58,229 nucleotides of DNA from Kiritimatiellia bacterium (GCA_017631385.1 JAGBTH010000140.1:1-58229), one strand, 5' to 3'. Counted from the first letter of the stretch, positions 32,901 to 43,600 are shown. Made by a program: numbers and translations. The notes: generated from the sequence alone by a model not told the origin.

Positions 32901-35570
32901 TTAAGCACCTCCTTCGACTCTAACAACTTCGATTGATACGGGTATGGTTAACTCGTTATGTGTTTGATTAAATGATACGGATACAGAGGCCCAATAACCG
33001 CTGCCGGAAGGCTCTCTTATATACACGTCACCGGGCCAAACTGACAGACGACGTAGTGCGTATAGCGTTTCAGCATCGTCCTTCTCGATTTCCATACTCC
33101 AGGTGGACGTTTCTCCTCTTTGAGTTCCGTAATAACTCACAGGGTGGTTACGTCCGATATATTCGACGAGAGATACGTCGGGTTTGTGGTTATCAGAGAT
33201 ATCAACGTTATAGTGGAGTTTGAGCATTGATCCGGATAGCACGGGACGCTCTAAAGCATCTTCGTTTTCCGCAACATCAAAATTAGACCAAGCCTCGCCC
33301 CACTGAATTATTACGGAATCACAACCGATCGGATAACTAGGCATATCGCGATAGCTAACAGCTCCTGTGTTTTTATCAATCGCTACAATTCTATATCTCG
33401 CATAATCCAACGCAGGGTGAGGATCCGTAATGAAAGTTCCGGACGTGTTACTTACTCCCGTTGCCAACTCGGTGAATCTGCCATCGAATTCGCGTCTGTA
33501 CACAGATAATGATATATGGTTGACACGATCAATACCATCCTCTATACAGCAATAGACCGAAGCGCCATAAGGGTTCGTTGCGCTGTATACTTCTTCGCCG
33601 GTTTCCGTACGTATGCTTTTTCCAGTGTTCGGATCGAATAACAATGAGACATCCGTCGCATAGTCTATAATCCAGTCGGTTTTCCTATAAGTCTGGGGAT
33701 ATTTATCGACTCTTCGATAGATCGGTTTATATTTTCCCGCATAAGGACCGATACTCATCGAGTAATTGTCCTCGTCTATAAATAATTCAGCATTTATTTC
33801 GTATTCTTGATCGGTCCAGTTTACTGTAAATTCAAAAGATTCAGAAACAGTAAGACCGGAGTTCATTGCAACCAGGCAGGTTATTGTATAGCTTTTGTTG
33901 TTATCGAGATTAACATCGCTTGCTGATATGGCGGCGTATAGTTTCTTCGAAATATCGAAATGTTCGGAGTAAACTTCATCTCCAGGGCTAATTAATTGAT
34001 CGTTACCAAGGTTATCCACCGTTTCATAACCCTCATTAGCGACTATTGTCAGGCTATAAGATATCGGGGTTTGAGTGCTCGGTCCAGCCAAAGCTGAAAC
34101 CTCCAACGGAAATGATCCTAAAATGGCGACGTTGTTATTTACGATAAATTCGAGGGTTGGCGGAGCATAGATATTTATAATTCTCTGCATGGACCAGTCT
34201 CCAACGCTTTCGGTTACTCCGGCGGTTCTTACTCGCCATTTGATAACGGCGCCGTCCTGATACGAAGAGGTGTCTATCGAATACTCCAAGGTTTTGTCTT
34301 TATTTTCGCCGCTGTTTGTATTTCGAACCACAATAGATTCTTGCGGGACATCGTTGATAATCAACTCCAGCTCAGCAAATGTTTGGCTTGAGTTATCTTT
34401 CGCGTTATGAATCCAATATAACAGCAGAGGCTCGCCCACGACCGCACTGGTCGTCGATGACCAAGTCGTAGGAGCAGCCGGAAGACCGCCTATTGTACAG
34501 GAAGATATTTCCGACCAATCTGACGCTCCGATGTCGTTTTTAGCCCTTACTCTGATAAAGTATTCATTACCAGATACGAGGTTTGGTATCTCTAAGCTGG
34601 TGAGGTTTTCCAAATCGTTTATGGAATTAACTTCACCAGTTCCGTCAAAATATGCTCTGTTTAAAGTATACTGTACATCGTGCTTATTATTAGCCGATCC
34701 CGACCACTCAATGAAGATAGAGGTGGTGGAGCTAGCCTTACACTGTGTGAGCTTTGTTATTTTTGCAGGGACGGTTTGATAGTTCGTGGAGTAGGTAGTC
34801 CATTCGCTATATAAGTTTCCTTTTATAGCGCGGCATCTAACCTTATAAGATCCACCCGCAGTCACCGTGCACGAATAAGACGAAGTCTGGGTGTTGACTT
34901 TAGACTTTCCGGTTTTTACAACGGTGACGTCATCTTTCACCACCTCGAACTGAACGAGGTTGACTTCTTCATCGGTCACCGTTGCGCTCGCCGTTAGTTT
35001 AAAATCTGAACCAAGAGTTACCGACAAATTAGTCGGTGCTGCCGGGGGATACTGTATACTATGTATCTCGGCATTCGACCAGGTAGCGGTCCAGTATACA
35101 GTATCCTTGTCGTTTACTTTATGCGTCTCGGAGACAGGTCTGACAATGAATTTTACACGTTTAGCGTTACCCGGAGGGTTATATGTGCATTGCTTGTCGG
35201 TAACAGTCGAGGAATTACCAACGAACCAGATATAATCTCCGGTGTCGTAATACCATTTGACTTCGTAATGTTTTACATTACCTTTGTCCCAGCTCCAAGT
35301 GACATATAGCACTTTTGTTTCCGAGTCGCTCTGCTCTCCAAATACTTTGATCACAGCCTTTTCGGAAATGTTCTTCGCGGGAGTCGATACCGTTCCGTCC
35401 AATTTTATTTTCTGACCAACGACGATATAATCGGGATCTTTTATATTGTTTAACTGCACGAGGTAATTCATGTACGCCTGCCAGTTGGCGTATGATGCTC
35501 CGTACGAACTATACTTGTCGTAGGCAATCTCACTAAGTGTGTCGCCCCTTACAACTACATATTCTGCCAA
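32901..35570 (-). CDS. LysM + FN3-repeat decorated distal-tail (Dit-like) protein (889 aa)
   Basis: LysM segment YVVVRGDTLSEIA...IVVGQKIKL. Several Ig/FN3-like repeats. It lies immediately downstream of the tape measure gene. Confidence 0.7.
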   Translation of the reverse strand: MAEYVVVRGDTLSEIAYDKYSSYGASYANWQAYMNYLVQLNNIKDPDYIVVGQKIKLDGTVSTPAKNISEKAVIKVFGEQSDSETKVLYVTWSWDKGNVKHYEVKWYYDTGDYIWFVGNSSTVTDKQCTYNPPGNAKRVKFIVRPVSETHKVNDKDTVYWTATWSNAEIHSIQYPPAAPTNLSVTLGSDFKLTASATVTDEEVNLVQFEVVKDDVTVVKTGKSKVNTQTSSYSCTVTAGGSYKVRCRAIKGNLYSEWTTYSTNYQTVPAKITKLTQCKASSTTSIFIEWSGSANNKHDVQYTLNRAYFDGTGEVNSINDLENLTSLEIPNLVSGNEYFIRVRAKNDIGASDWSEISSCTIGGLPAAPTTWSSTTSAVVGEPLLLYWIHNAKDNSSQTFAELELIINDVPQESIVVRNTNSGENKDKTLEYSIDTSSYQDGAVIKWRVRTAGVTESVGDWSMQRIINIYAPPTLEFIVNNNVAILGSFPLEVSALAGPSTQTPISYSLTIVANEGYETVDNLGNDQLISPGDEVYSEHFDISKKLYAAISASDVNLDNNKSYTITCLVAMNSGLTVSESFEFTVNWTDQEYEINAELFIDEDNYSMSIGPYAGKYKPIYRRVDKYPQTYRKTDWIIDYATDVSLLFDPNTGKSIRTETGEEVYSATNPYGASVYCCIEDGIDRVNHISLSVYRREFDGRFTELATGVSNTSGTFITDPHPALDYARYRIVAIDKNTGAVSYRDMPSYPIGCDSVIIQWGEAWSNFDVAENEDALERPVLSGSMLKLHYNVDISDNHKPDVSLVEYIGRNHPVSYYGTQRGETSTWSMEIEKDDAETLYALRRLSVWPGDVYIREPSGSGYWASVSVSFNQTHNELTIPVSIEVVRVEGGA

Positions 35571-35572
35571 AC

Positions 35573-38500
35573 TTATCTCCTCCTTTCTATCTTCGCGGCT
35601 CTAACGAGCGCGTTGACCGCGTTGGAAACGCTGGTGCCATCATCATAAGTAACACCGTTAATGTTATATGACGTGTTGCCAACGCCCGCGAGGTCTTTGC
35701 GAAGTTTGTTGATTGCGGAAACTACGTCTTCGTTTCCTCCATTTTGATTTCTAGAGTTCATCATAGAACTTATAGATCCGACATTTGCCAGCACTCCTAC
35801 GGAGGCATCGCCAAACATGCCGCCTATGGAATTGGCGCCAGACCTAATAGCGCTAAGATCGAGAACCGGACGAATTGTCGGTTGAGAATCGATATCGTCG
35901 TTAATGACTTCGGATATACCAGCCATAGACTTTCTCATGGAAGACAGGGCCGAGTCGCCTACGGAAGTGGCCGAATTAGCGACCACACCTGCGAACTTAG
36001 ACAAGCCTTTCGCGAAACCTTCGTCCGAATATCTACCGATCTCCATAAACTCCCTCGAAGGCGATTTGATGCCGAGGAAGTTCTTGAGACCATTAAGAGC
36101 GTTCTGTCCGACCTCTTTAACTTTATTGACAACAGAGGTCGCGTTCTCTTTTATACCGTTAGCCAAGCCGACTATCATGTCTTTTCCGACATTTTTAAAT
36201 TCTGACAATTTGGTCTTGATTCCCTCCAGAGCGTTCTTACCGACCTCTTTCGCTTTCGCAACAACGTCTGATATTTTATCGCCGATGCCCTTGATAAATC
36301 CTTGTACGGTGTCGTCACCGATGGATTTCATCTCTGTCGAGGGCGATTTTATACCTAAGAAGCTCTTTATACTGTCTAGAATATTTTTACCGAGATCCGA
36401 CATCGCCTGTCCGATTTTGCTGAATCCTCCGAATATACCGTCAATGAAACCGTCAAGCAGCGCTTCCGCTAGTTCTCCAGCCGACGCTAATATACGGGAT
36501 AAGCCGTTTTCGCTCTTTACCGCCTCGGTTAAACCGTCGATGAAGCTTATTACCAAATTGAATCCAGCTTGAATTATCTCTGGTAATTTTGTGCTAAGCG
36601 CGTTTAGGAAGTTTACAATAATATCGGAAGCGATCGTAACGATCGAACCGATGTTGTTTCGTATGCCGGCTAGCAATGCGAGCAGTAACTTGAATCCAGC
36701 GTCAACGATCATCGGGGTATACTGGACTAAGAACCCTAAAAGAGCTACTAGCAAATTACCCAGACATTCGAGCAGCGGACCGGTTATGTCGTTTATACAT
36801 TTAAGTACGGCTAATAAGACGGTAGTGACCGCCAGTCCGATCGAGGGTGCCGCATCTATGATGATCTGACATAATATGAGCAGCGCCTCTCCGAGCTTAG
36901 CTACGATTACCGGTATCAAACCGGCAAGACCGGAGCCTATGGCTATAATTGCCGCCGTTATACCCGCAGCGCCAGCCGTTGTGGCGGTAGCCAATGCGGT
37001 GAGACCTACAGCTATCGCAGATAAACCGAGACCTAAAGCTAGTGCACCGACGCCAATAAGAGCGAACGCCGCAGCTAGTCCTATGATAATAGGAGTGACG
37101 GGACCTAATGCTAAGCCCGCAACGCCCAATATGGTAAATACGCCAGCCAACGTAACTAGGGATTTTAATATTGCTTCCCAGCTCATTGTTCCCAATAACA
37201 TAATTGAGGGCGTGAATACACTTATAGCTGCCGCAGCAACAAGTAGAGCTGCTGATCCAGACAGCGTTCCGCTCATTGCGGCTAATCCGACTGCTAATAT
37301 AAGAAGTGCTCCACCGAGAACGGTCATACCTCGTCCTATCTCTTCCCATGACATAAGCGCCATATTTCTAAGAGCGTTCGACAATATGACCATGGCGGCC
37401 GAAACTGCTATTAAGCCGATGCCGGTTCCTATAAGATTTTTAGGCATGAGATTGACGGCTATCGTTACTGCTGCCAATCCTCCAGCCATACCGACAAGTC
37501 CTCTGGCTATCTCTTCCCAGGACAAGTTCGCGATACACGACATTGCTGAACCGAGTATTTTGATAGCCGTTGCTATAGCAATCATGCCTATGCCGGTAGA
37601 CATCATGTTTTTAGCATTGCCAGTTAATTTCGTAAATGCGGCTAGTTCGACGAGGAGTATTCCTATGGCAGACAAGCCCTTCACTATATCACGCGTAGCC
37701 ATATTAGCAAATGCGCTGCAACTAGAAGCTAGTATTTTTATAGCTGCCGCCAATATGACGATTCCTGTCGCGGTGGATATCGCTTTACCGCTGAATTTTG
37801 CGGTTTTTAAGAATATAGCAACCTCAGCCAATAAGACGCCAACGCCGACCAAACCTTTACCCATCTCATTCCAGCTTAATGAGGACAGATCCTTGCAAGC
37901 AGAGGCGAGTATTTTAATGGCCGCTGCAAATATGACCATCTGCACGGCGCCTTTTATTACTTTTTTATCGCTACTAGCCAACGCTTTGGCCGCCACCACA
38001 ACTATCGCGGTTAAACCCGCTACTCCGGCTACGCCTTTGATCATATCGTTAGTGTCAATTTTACTGAGCATCTTCAACGCAGACGCCAATAAAAGAACTG
38101 CCACGGATATACCAATCATGGTCGTGCCTATGGTCATCATTCCTTTGGTGTCTCCGATTCTGCTCAATAGGGACATAACTCCGACCAACTCAACAAATAG
38201 CGTGGATATGGCTCCGAGAGCTATTGCCAATTTGTCGTTGTCGATGAATGTCAGCACTAACACTGCCGCCGCTAAAATTCCGATCGCGCCAGCAATCTTT
38301 AACAGGGTTCCGGCTTTTAATTGATCCTGCCAAGCCGAGAGGCATCCTCTTATATCATCGAGAATTCCTTTTACACCATCGAATAAGTCCGCAAATATAC
38401 TGGTTTGTTCTCCGCCTTTGTTTAAACCTTTTATAAATTTGATAAGGCTTATGCCGAGTCCTCCGGCCACGATGCTATTGACGGTATCTATGGCGCTTTT

Positions 38501-40357
38501 GAGATCACCATTGCCTAAGGCTTTTGTGATTCCGCTGGCAAGCGATCCGAACGCTTTAGCCAAACCAGAGCCTATAATTTTCATAGCGCCCCAGAGTGAG
38601 CTTATAAACGTGCCGAAGTTAGACGCGGTTAAAGCGCTACCTATTTTATTAAACGCCGACACTACGACGTTTTTCATTTTTGAAGCTATTTCACCGATGC
38701 CGGTCAAACCGCTACCTAGCTTAGATATCACCTCGCTAAAGCTTTCAAATCCGGGGAATTTAAATTTACTTTTTATAAAACCTATAACTGAAGCTATTCC
38801 ATCGATTACCAGCTTTACAAAACCGCTTATCTTTCCAAGGACAACCGTAAATACGTCGCTACTTTTTACAAAGTCTCTAAGTTTCACAAGCCAGTCTCCG
38901 AAAGTTCCAGTGACCTCTAATATACCGCCACCGAGTTTGGCTACGCCACCTGTCATCGGGAATATAGCTTTTACTATGGCAGTGAATGCTTCTTTGACTA
39001 TGTCTACAACGGCAAATAAGCCGCGGAACGTAGATTTTAGATTGCTAGATGCGGAATCACTCAACGTCAATTTCGACGTTAAATTTTTTAAGTTTTCTGT
39101 TATTTTGAACAACTGTTCGGCGGTCATGGGCGGAAATATATCTCTAAAAGCATCTTTTATAGGCGTAATGACACTCATGATGCCTTTAAATACATTTCCT
39201 ATCGACTCGATTACATCGGCTCTACCGCCCATCTCTTTCCAGTTTTCGAGCATGGAATTACGAGCTTCCGCAGAAGAGCTTATCATTTCGCCGATCGTAT
39301 CGGACACTTTCGTTAAGAGTTCCTTGGCTTCTTCGAAGTCGCCTACGAGAATTTCCCAAGTTTGAGTCCATCCGGACTGAGCCGCCTCCTTTAAAGTATC
39401 CATTAACTGCGAGAACGTTTTGACCTTCGTCGCAGCATCGTTCGCAGTTTTACCCATTTTGAGGATGCCCTGGATTTGCTCTTCGGTATAGCCCATCGTC
39501 TTGAGCTGCTCGGCATTAAGGTCGCCAGTGAACTTAGAAAGGGTCTCGGTCAATATCTCAGATGTCAACCAGCCCTTACTCAGTGTTTCTCGGAACGATC
39601 CTTCTTGTGCTATAAGATCATCGATCGCAATACCGTGTACTCTAGCGGTCTCTTTTAATGCGTCCTGGAAGACCTGACCGCCCATGCCAGCATTTACGAC
39701 CGAGTTCCAGTCCATAAGCTTTACAGTACCGGAAGCCAAAGCCTGCGATAACTGATACATCGCGGTGCTCGCCTGCTGCGATGTCGAACCCGACACTGCC
39801 GCTAAGTTAGCGATACCCTTAATCGCTGATACAGAGGTATCCAGATCGACACCCGCTGCTGTGAATGTACCTATGTTACGGGTCATCTCCGTAAAGTTGT
39901 AAATGGTTTTGTCGGCGTAAGCGTTAAGCTCGTCCAACGCGGAATTTACATCATCCAGAGTTTTACCCTTACTTTCAGTATTTGCTAAGATTGTCTGGAC
40001 CGCGTTAATCTGAGTCTCGTATTCTTGGAAACCCATCTTTATCGGGTCGATCGTCAATGACGATATGATTTTTTTACCATACATCATCGCCGAATCGGTA
40101 ATTCTTCGGAGGGCCTGGTCGGCTATAGTGTACAAAGAGTTAAACTTCAAACCAACTTGATGGACCGCGTCGCCTATTATGCCGATATTACAGCTTTTAG
40201 CCGCTCTATCCACTTCTTCTAGACCTTTTGTGGCTCCATTTAAGTTAAGTTTTTGTTTAAGTTTGTCAAGAGTCGACATTGTATCAGAGACGTTAGATTC
40301 GAACTGTTTGTTGTCGAATTGCATTTCGACGACTCTTTGATCAATTGTTGTACTCAT
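35573..40357 (-). CDS. tape measure protein (1594 aa)
   Basis: Size and position. Central Gly/Ala-rich hydrophobic repeats of about 55 aa (..AAAIKILASxC..LSWEEIxRGL..). C-terminal LGIKSPS(T/R)E motifs occur twice. Confidence 0.9.
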   Translation of the reverse strand: MSTTIDQRVVEMQFDNKQFESNVSDTMSTLDKLKQKLNLNGATKGLEEVDRAAKSCNIGIIGDAVHQVGLKFNSLYTIADQALRRITDSAMMYGKKIISSLTIDPIKMGFQEYETQINAVQTILANTESKGKTLDDVNSALDELNAYADKTIYNFTEMTRNIGTFTAAGVDLDTSVSAIKGIANLAAVSGSTSQQASTAMYQLSQALASGTVKLMDWNSVVNAGMGGQVFQDALKETARVHGIAIDDLIAQEGSFRETLSKGWLTSEILTETLSKFTGDLNAEQLKTMGYTEEQIQGILKMGKTANDAATKVKTFSQLMDTLKEAAQSGWTQTWEILVGDFEEAKELLTKVSDTIGEMISSSAEARNSMLENWKEMGGRADVIESIGNVFKGIMSVITPIKDAFRDIFPPMTAEQLFKITENLKNLTSKLTLSDSASSNLKSTFRGLFAVVDIVKEAFTAIVKAIFPMTGGVAKLGGGILEVTGTFGDWLVKLRDFVKSSDVFTVVLGKISGFVKLVIDGIASVIGFIKSKFKFPGFESFSEVISKLGSGLTGIGEIASKMKNVVVSAFNKIGSALTASNFGTFISSLWGAMKIIGSGLAKAFGSLASGITKALGNGDLKSAIDTVNSIVAGGLGISLIKFIKGLNKGGEQTSIFADLFDGVKGILDDIRGCLSAWQDQLKAGTLLKIAGAIGILAAAVLVLTFIDNDKLAIALGAISTLFVELVGVMSLLSRIGDTKGMMTIGTTMIGISVAVLLLASALKMLSKIDTNDMIKGVAGVAGLTAIVVVAAKALASSDKKVIKGAVQMVIFAAAIKILASACKDLSSLSWNEMGKGLVGVGVLLAEVAIFLKTAKFSGKAISTATGIVILAAAIKILASSCSAFANMATRDIVKGLSAIGILLVELAAFTKLTGNAKNMMSTGIGMIAIATAIKILGSAMSCIANLSWEEIARGLVGMAGGLAAVTIAVNLMPKNLIGTGIGLIAVSAAMVILSNALRNMALMSWEEIGRGMTVLGGALLILAVGLAAMSGTLSGSAALLVAAAAISVFTPSIMLLGTMSWEAILKSLVTLAGVFTILGVAGLALGPVTPIIIGLAAAFALIGVGALALGLGLSAIAVGLTALATATTAGAAGITAAIIAIGSGLAGLIPVIVAKLGEALLILCQIIIDAAPSIGLAVTTVLLAVLKCINDITGPLLECLGNLLVALLGFLVQYTPMIVDAGFKLLLALLAGIRNNIGSIVTIASDIIVNFLNALSTKLPEIIQAGFNLVISFIDGLTEAVKSENGLSRILASAGELAEALLDGFIDGIFGGFSKIGQAMSDLGKNILDSIKSFLGIKSPSTEMKSIGDDTVQGFIKGIGDKISDVVAKAKEVGKNALEGIKTKLSEFKNVGKDMIVGLANGIKENATSVVNKVKEVGQNALNGLKNFLGIKSPSREFMEIGRYSDEGFAKGLSKFAGVVANSATSVGDSALSSMRKSMAGISEVINDDIDSQPTIRPVLDLSAIRSGANSIGGMFGDASVGVLANVGSISSMMNSRNQNGGNEDVVSAINKLRKDLAGVGNTSYNINGVTYDDGTSVSNAVNALVRAAKIERRR

Positions 40358-40731
40358 TTTCTAGTAACCTCCCTCCATATTTCGTTTGTGATTTTATCAA
40401 AAACAGGTCGGATAGAAGGGTTAATGTAATCTCTACCCTCTACCCAACCTCCGTTTCGAGTTCCGTGACCGTACTGTATGATTACGGCTATTGGTACTCC
40501 ATTTTGAATGTTTGAGTTGTTGAACGTCAGTTTTAATTTACCGTCGTTATTAACTATCTCGTAATACCACGAATTGGCCGTTTTTCCACTAGCCACAGGA
40601 GTGGCAGCGGCAAGCGCCGCAACACCTTCGTTTGCATATTTCTCGATAATTCTGATATTAATGGACTGTTTAATATCTTTAAGATAGGTGGTTAATTTGG
40701 AAAAATTACCCCTATGTTTTATGCGAATCAT
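40354..40731 (-). CDS. HK97 gp10-like tail-completion protein
   Basis: AAATPVASGKTANSWYYEI...IIQYGHGT. 4-nt overlap with the tape measure gene. Confidence 0.65.
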   Translation of the reverse strand: MIRIKHRGNFSKLTTYLKDIKQSINIRIIEKYANEGVAALAAATPVASGKTANSWYYEIVNNDGKLKLTFNNSNIQNGVPIAVIIQYGHGTRNGGWVEGRDYINPSIRPVFDKITNEIWREVTRK

Positions 40732-40743
40732 TAGTAAATCTCC

Positions 40744-41481
40744 TTAGATCTTTGTTGTGTAATCCAGGGAAATCCATCCGACGCCGCTTTTTAGTTTCCC
40801 CCAACCAGATTTGGAACCTGGGCCATTAGCCGTTTCATTTATAGTGAATATGCCCGTGCCGGTTACCTTTCCGGTTTTGGCGTAATTTGTGCCGGGACCT
40901 TTGCGAATGTTTAAGTCTGAAATATAAACTCGAACCTTGTAGCTCGGGTTTAAACGGGAATTAACCTCTTTCGCTATTTTCCCATGCCGCGTATATAAAT
41001 ACTCGCCGGGACAATCCTTGTTAGCAAACCATCTATGAACCGTCATATTCTGTTTACTAACCTTGCCGATTAAGGACTTGTCGGCGTTCCATTTTAGCTC
41101 TTTTATTTCATTGCGTTTACAAATATCGACGAGTAAATCGATCAAAGCTTCATACGCCTTGTCGGTCACTTTATAGGGATGCGTGGTATCTGATGCGACC
41201 TCTATTGTTATGGCGCGATGGTCGTTAGCTCGATTTGACGTGCACCAAGAACGGTCTTTCTCCTCTACGCCCAACCCGATGGAACCGTCATAACCGATCG
41301 CATAGTTACAAGAAGACCCCGTTTTGGAATTGTAATTGACGAAATTACTTAAATTGAGAATCTTCTTAGCTGTAAACTGACCGACGGCGCAATGAATGCT
41401 GATCGTGTCGATTTTGTGATTTCTAGGACTAGTTCTGTTAGGACTAATTTTTCGATAAGTTACTAAAGAACTGTTACTCAT
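40744..41481 (-). CDS. N-acetylmuramoyl-L-alanine amidase with C-terminal SH3b domain (endolysin or virion lysin)
   Basis: IDTISIHCAVG...SCNYAIGYDGSIG...DRSWCTS..ANDHRAITIEV, plus the SH3b-like NIRKGPGTNYAKTGKV...GWGKLKSGVGWISLDY. Confidence 0.8.
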   Translation of the reverse strand: MSNSSLVTYRKISPNRTSPRNHKIDTISIHCAVGQFTAKKILNLSNFVNYNSKTGSSCNYAIGYDGSIGLGVEEKDRSWCTSNRANDHRAITIEVASDTTHPYKVTDKAYEALIDLLVDICKRNEIKELKWNADKSLIGKVSKQNMTVHRWFANKDCPGEYLYTRHGKIAKEVNSRLNPSYKVRVYISDLNIRKGPGTNYAKTGKVTGTGIFTINETANGPGSKSGWGKLKSGVGWISLDYTTKI

Positions 41482-41535
41482 TAGTTATCAACCCTTTTCA
41501 ATGTTTTCGGACTAGCAATAACTATTAGGTTGGGT

Positions 41536-42078
41536 TTAACCCTTGGAATTTAATTGTTTTCTTCGAGCAGCATTAAGTGCTTGGTATCTACTCATCGTTT
41601 CTCTCTTACTCATCTTCTTAGGAGGAGCGTTCTTTATGTTAGCAATCCTAATCAAAGTAAGGAGTCTGTTTAAGTGCCATTTCTGGCATTCGAACGGGAT
41701 GTTTAACGCAGTCATCCAGTAATATATAAGCTCCGACGTGACAATCTCGTTGGATTTTTTGCCGCCATTCGCTTGGGAAAAGGTAGTGGCTGTGGCGGGA
41801 TGACTTATATAGTCGTTTATCCGCTTGATGTTGTCGTTGGACAATCGCAAATATACTTCCGGATTGACGTTCTGCGTTATCGTCATGAATTTTATATAAT
41901 CTAGGATCTCTTCGTCGGTCTTTTCCGCTTTAGAAAGAAACGGTTTACACCACTTAGATTCCCATTTTGAAAGAGAGACGAGAGAATGTTCCAGCTGTAA
42001 AGTTTGTTCTTTTCCATAGATGAATTCTTGGTTTTTTTCATCCCACAATTCAACTCCCGGTATTATAATAGTAAGCAT
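41536..42078 (-). CDS. tail assembly chaperone-like protein (Gp15-type)
   Basis: LQLEHSLVSLSKWESKWCKPF, and position upstream of the tape measure gene. Confidence 0.55.
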   Translation of the reverse strand: MLTIIIPGVELWDEKNQEFIYGKEQTLQLEHSLVSLSKWESKWCKPFLSKAEKTDEEILDYIKFMTITQNVNPEVYLRLSNDNIKRINDYISHPATATTFSQANGGKKSNEIVTSELIYYWMTALNIPFECQKWHLNRLLTLIRIANIKNAPPKKMSKRETMSRYQALNAARRKQLNSKG

Positions 42079-42109
42079 TTCTCGTCACCTCTATGATTTT
42101 CGTATTTAC

Positions 42110-42511
42110 TTAGACGGTTGTCTTAATAGCGGCGCCGTCCACGATCTTGTCGAGATCGGAGGGAATAATGCCCTTGACAAATTCGGTTGCCGCAGGAACG
42201 TTTGTAGAGAGCTCCATGTACAGGATTGCATATGCCTCGGTCTGCGAGAATGCGGTGGAGAGCTCCTCGGACTTGATGAAGCGTCTACCGTCGGGACTCT
42301 TTTCGCCGTAAGCTTTAAGGATCATCTCTTTGAACACCTTAACAATGGTTGCGTGATCCTTTGCATCGATAATTCTCTGTAAATATTCCGAGAATCCACC
42401 GGTGGTGCCCATCTGAAGTTCCATGACCTCAGCCTTGTTGAGATTGAAGTGGAACGTTTCGGTTCTTTCCTCGCCGTTATAGTCCTTATAGGTGATAGTC
42501 TTCTTAATCAT
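42110..42511 (-). CDS. tail assembly chaperone
   Basis: ITYKDYNGEERTETFHFNLNKAEVMELQ. It follows the tail tube gene. Confidence 0.6.
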   Translation of the reverse strand: MIKKTITYKDYNGEERTETFHFNLNKAEVMELQMGTTGGFSEYLQRIIDAKDHATIVKVFKEMILKAYGEKSPDGRRFIKSEELSTAFSQTEAYAILYMELSTNVPAATEFVKGIIPSDLDKIVDGAAIKTTV

Positions 42512-42531
42512 TTTTAATTCTCCTTTTCAAA

Positions 42532-42571
42532 TTAAAACGAGGGCCGCCAGCCAAACTGAATACGACCCTCT
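42532..42571 (-). terminator. leaky terminator after the tail tube gene
   Basis: Minus strand: GAGGGTCG-16 nt-CGGCCCTC + GTTTTAATTT. Confidence 0.45.
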
Positions 42572-42602
42572 AAACTTAACGTTAGTTTTTCAGATTATAG
42601 AT

Positions 42603-43280
42603 TTATGCCGCAGGCTCGGTGTAACCGAGTGTCGAAAGGACCTCCACGGGAAGAGGAAGCCTAGCAGCTTTATCGGCGGTGCCATAAAGAATATCCTCAA
42701 GGGCAGCAAGCTTATCCGCATCCACCGTGGTAGAATCTATCTCGATATGAGCGAAGGGCTTATAGCCAGCCATGGCAATAGGAGTGGTAGTGAACTCCCA
42801 AGAAAGAGTAGTCGCCTCGGGCGACTCGTTAATAGACGTATTCGCCTTCTCCGAGGGATTTACAACGCAACCGTAAACGAGGTGAAGTTTGTAACCGTAA
42901 TCGGTCGCCTGCTCGTCATTGCCGATAAGCGTCTTATATACGAGACCGAACGGCTTACGGGTCTGCTGTCTGATCTTGACGCCGGCTACGGGGCTCTTAG
43001 AGCCGTCGCACTCAGCGAATTCATCGGGGTATGTGTAAGCCTCGATGGTGCCGCCGAACTCCTCATTAGATCTGAGTTCAAGATACTTTTTGTTGTTAGC
43101 ATAAAGAGGGGTTGCCTCCGCGCCGGAAGGACTTTCCGTTACGGAAATAAGACCATTCCATGCTGCGCCAGCAGGATATGTGCCGTTAACCTGGGGGTAG
43201 ATGGCGGCCTGCTCGACACCAGTTTCATAAAGCTTTTCGCCGGTCTGGTCCCAGACGAGCTTTTTAGATGTTTCAGCCAT
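42603..43280 (-). CDS. major tail (tube) protein, TP901-1/phi13-like
   Basis: Size, position, and an N-terminal ...KLYETGVEQAAIYPQ...GLISVTESPSGAEATPLYANN pattern. Confidence 0.7.
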   Translation of the reverse strand: MAETSKKLVWDQTGEKLYETGVEQAAIYPQVNGTYPAGAAWNGLISVTESPSGAEATPLYANNKKYLELRSNEEFGGTIEAYTYPDEFAECDGSKSPVAGVKIRQQTRKPFGLVYKTLIGNDEQATDYGYKLHLVYGCVVNPSEKANTSINESPEATTLSWEFTTTPIAMAGYKPFAHIEIDSTTVDADKLAALEDILYGTADKAARLPLPVEVLSTLGYTEPAA

Positions 43281-43294
43281 TTTTTATTCTCCTT

Positions 43295-43600
43295 TTAGTA
43301 ATATAATGTGTACACATCATGATAAAGATTGTCGGATATAAAGCGCCTATCGAATCTACAATATGGTAGAGCTAATAGTTCTGCATGTATCTCCGAGTCA
43401 GGATCTTCGTGAATGTGTGTGAGTTTGTAAGCTTTGTTTAGCTTGTAATTTTTGTTGTTAGCTTTTAGGGTGTTAATCCCGTCAAGCGAATAGACTATAG
43501 CGTCGTACTTGATCATCAGGGACTCGGGAGGTTGAAAGTACACATTTCTAGATCCGAGTATTCTTTCCAACTCACTTTGCAGATTAAGCCTGCTTGCCAT
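43295..43600 (-). CDS. head-tail joining protein (101 aa, function by position)
   Basis: ORF between the adaptor and tube genes. Confidence 0.5.
   Translation of the reverse strand: MASRLNLQSELERILGSRNVYFQPPESLMIKYDAIVYSLDGINTLKANNKNYKLNKAYKLTHIHEDPDSEIHAELLALPYCRFDRRFISDNLYHDVYTLYY

Noticed and set aside
28899-35570. Diversity-generating retroelement acting on the fibre genes
   Set aside because: No reverse transcriptase ORF exists anywhere in the window, and I saw no template/variable repeat pair near the fibre 3' ends.
35744-39658. Very long plus-strand ORFs (for example 36876..38324 at 482 aa, 38418..39365 at 315 aa and 35904..36572 at 222 aa) antisense to the tape measure gene
   Set aside because: Their products are low-complexity and Ala/Pro/Ile/Thr-rich, mirroring the Gly/Ala-rich tape measure codons. 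They have no SD sequences, and the minus-strand gene has clear tape measure features. They are compositional shadow ORFs.
41536-42511. Programmed -1 frameshift joining the two tail-chaperone ORFs
   Set aside because: The two ORFs are separated by a 31-nt gap that contains an RBS rather than overlapping. No slippery heptamer is evident at the end of 42110..42511.
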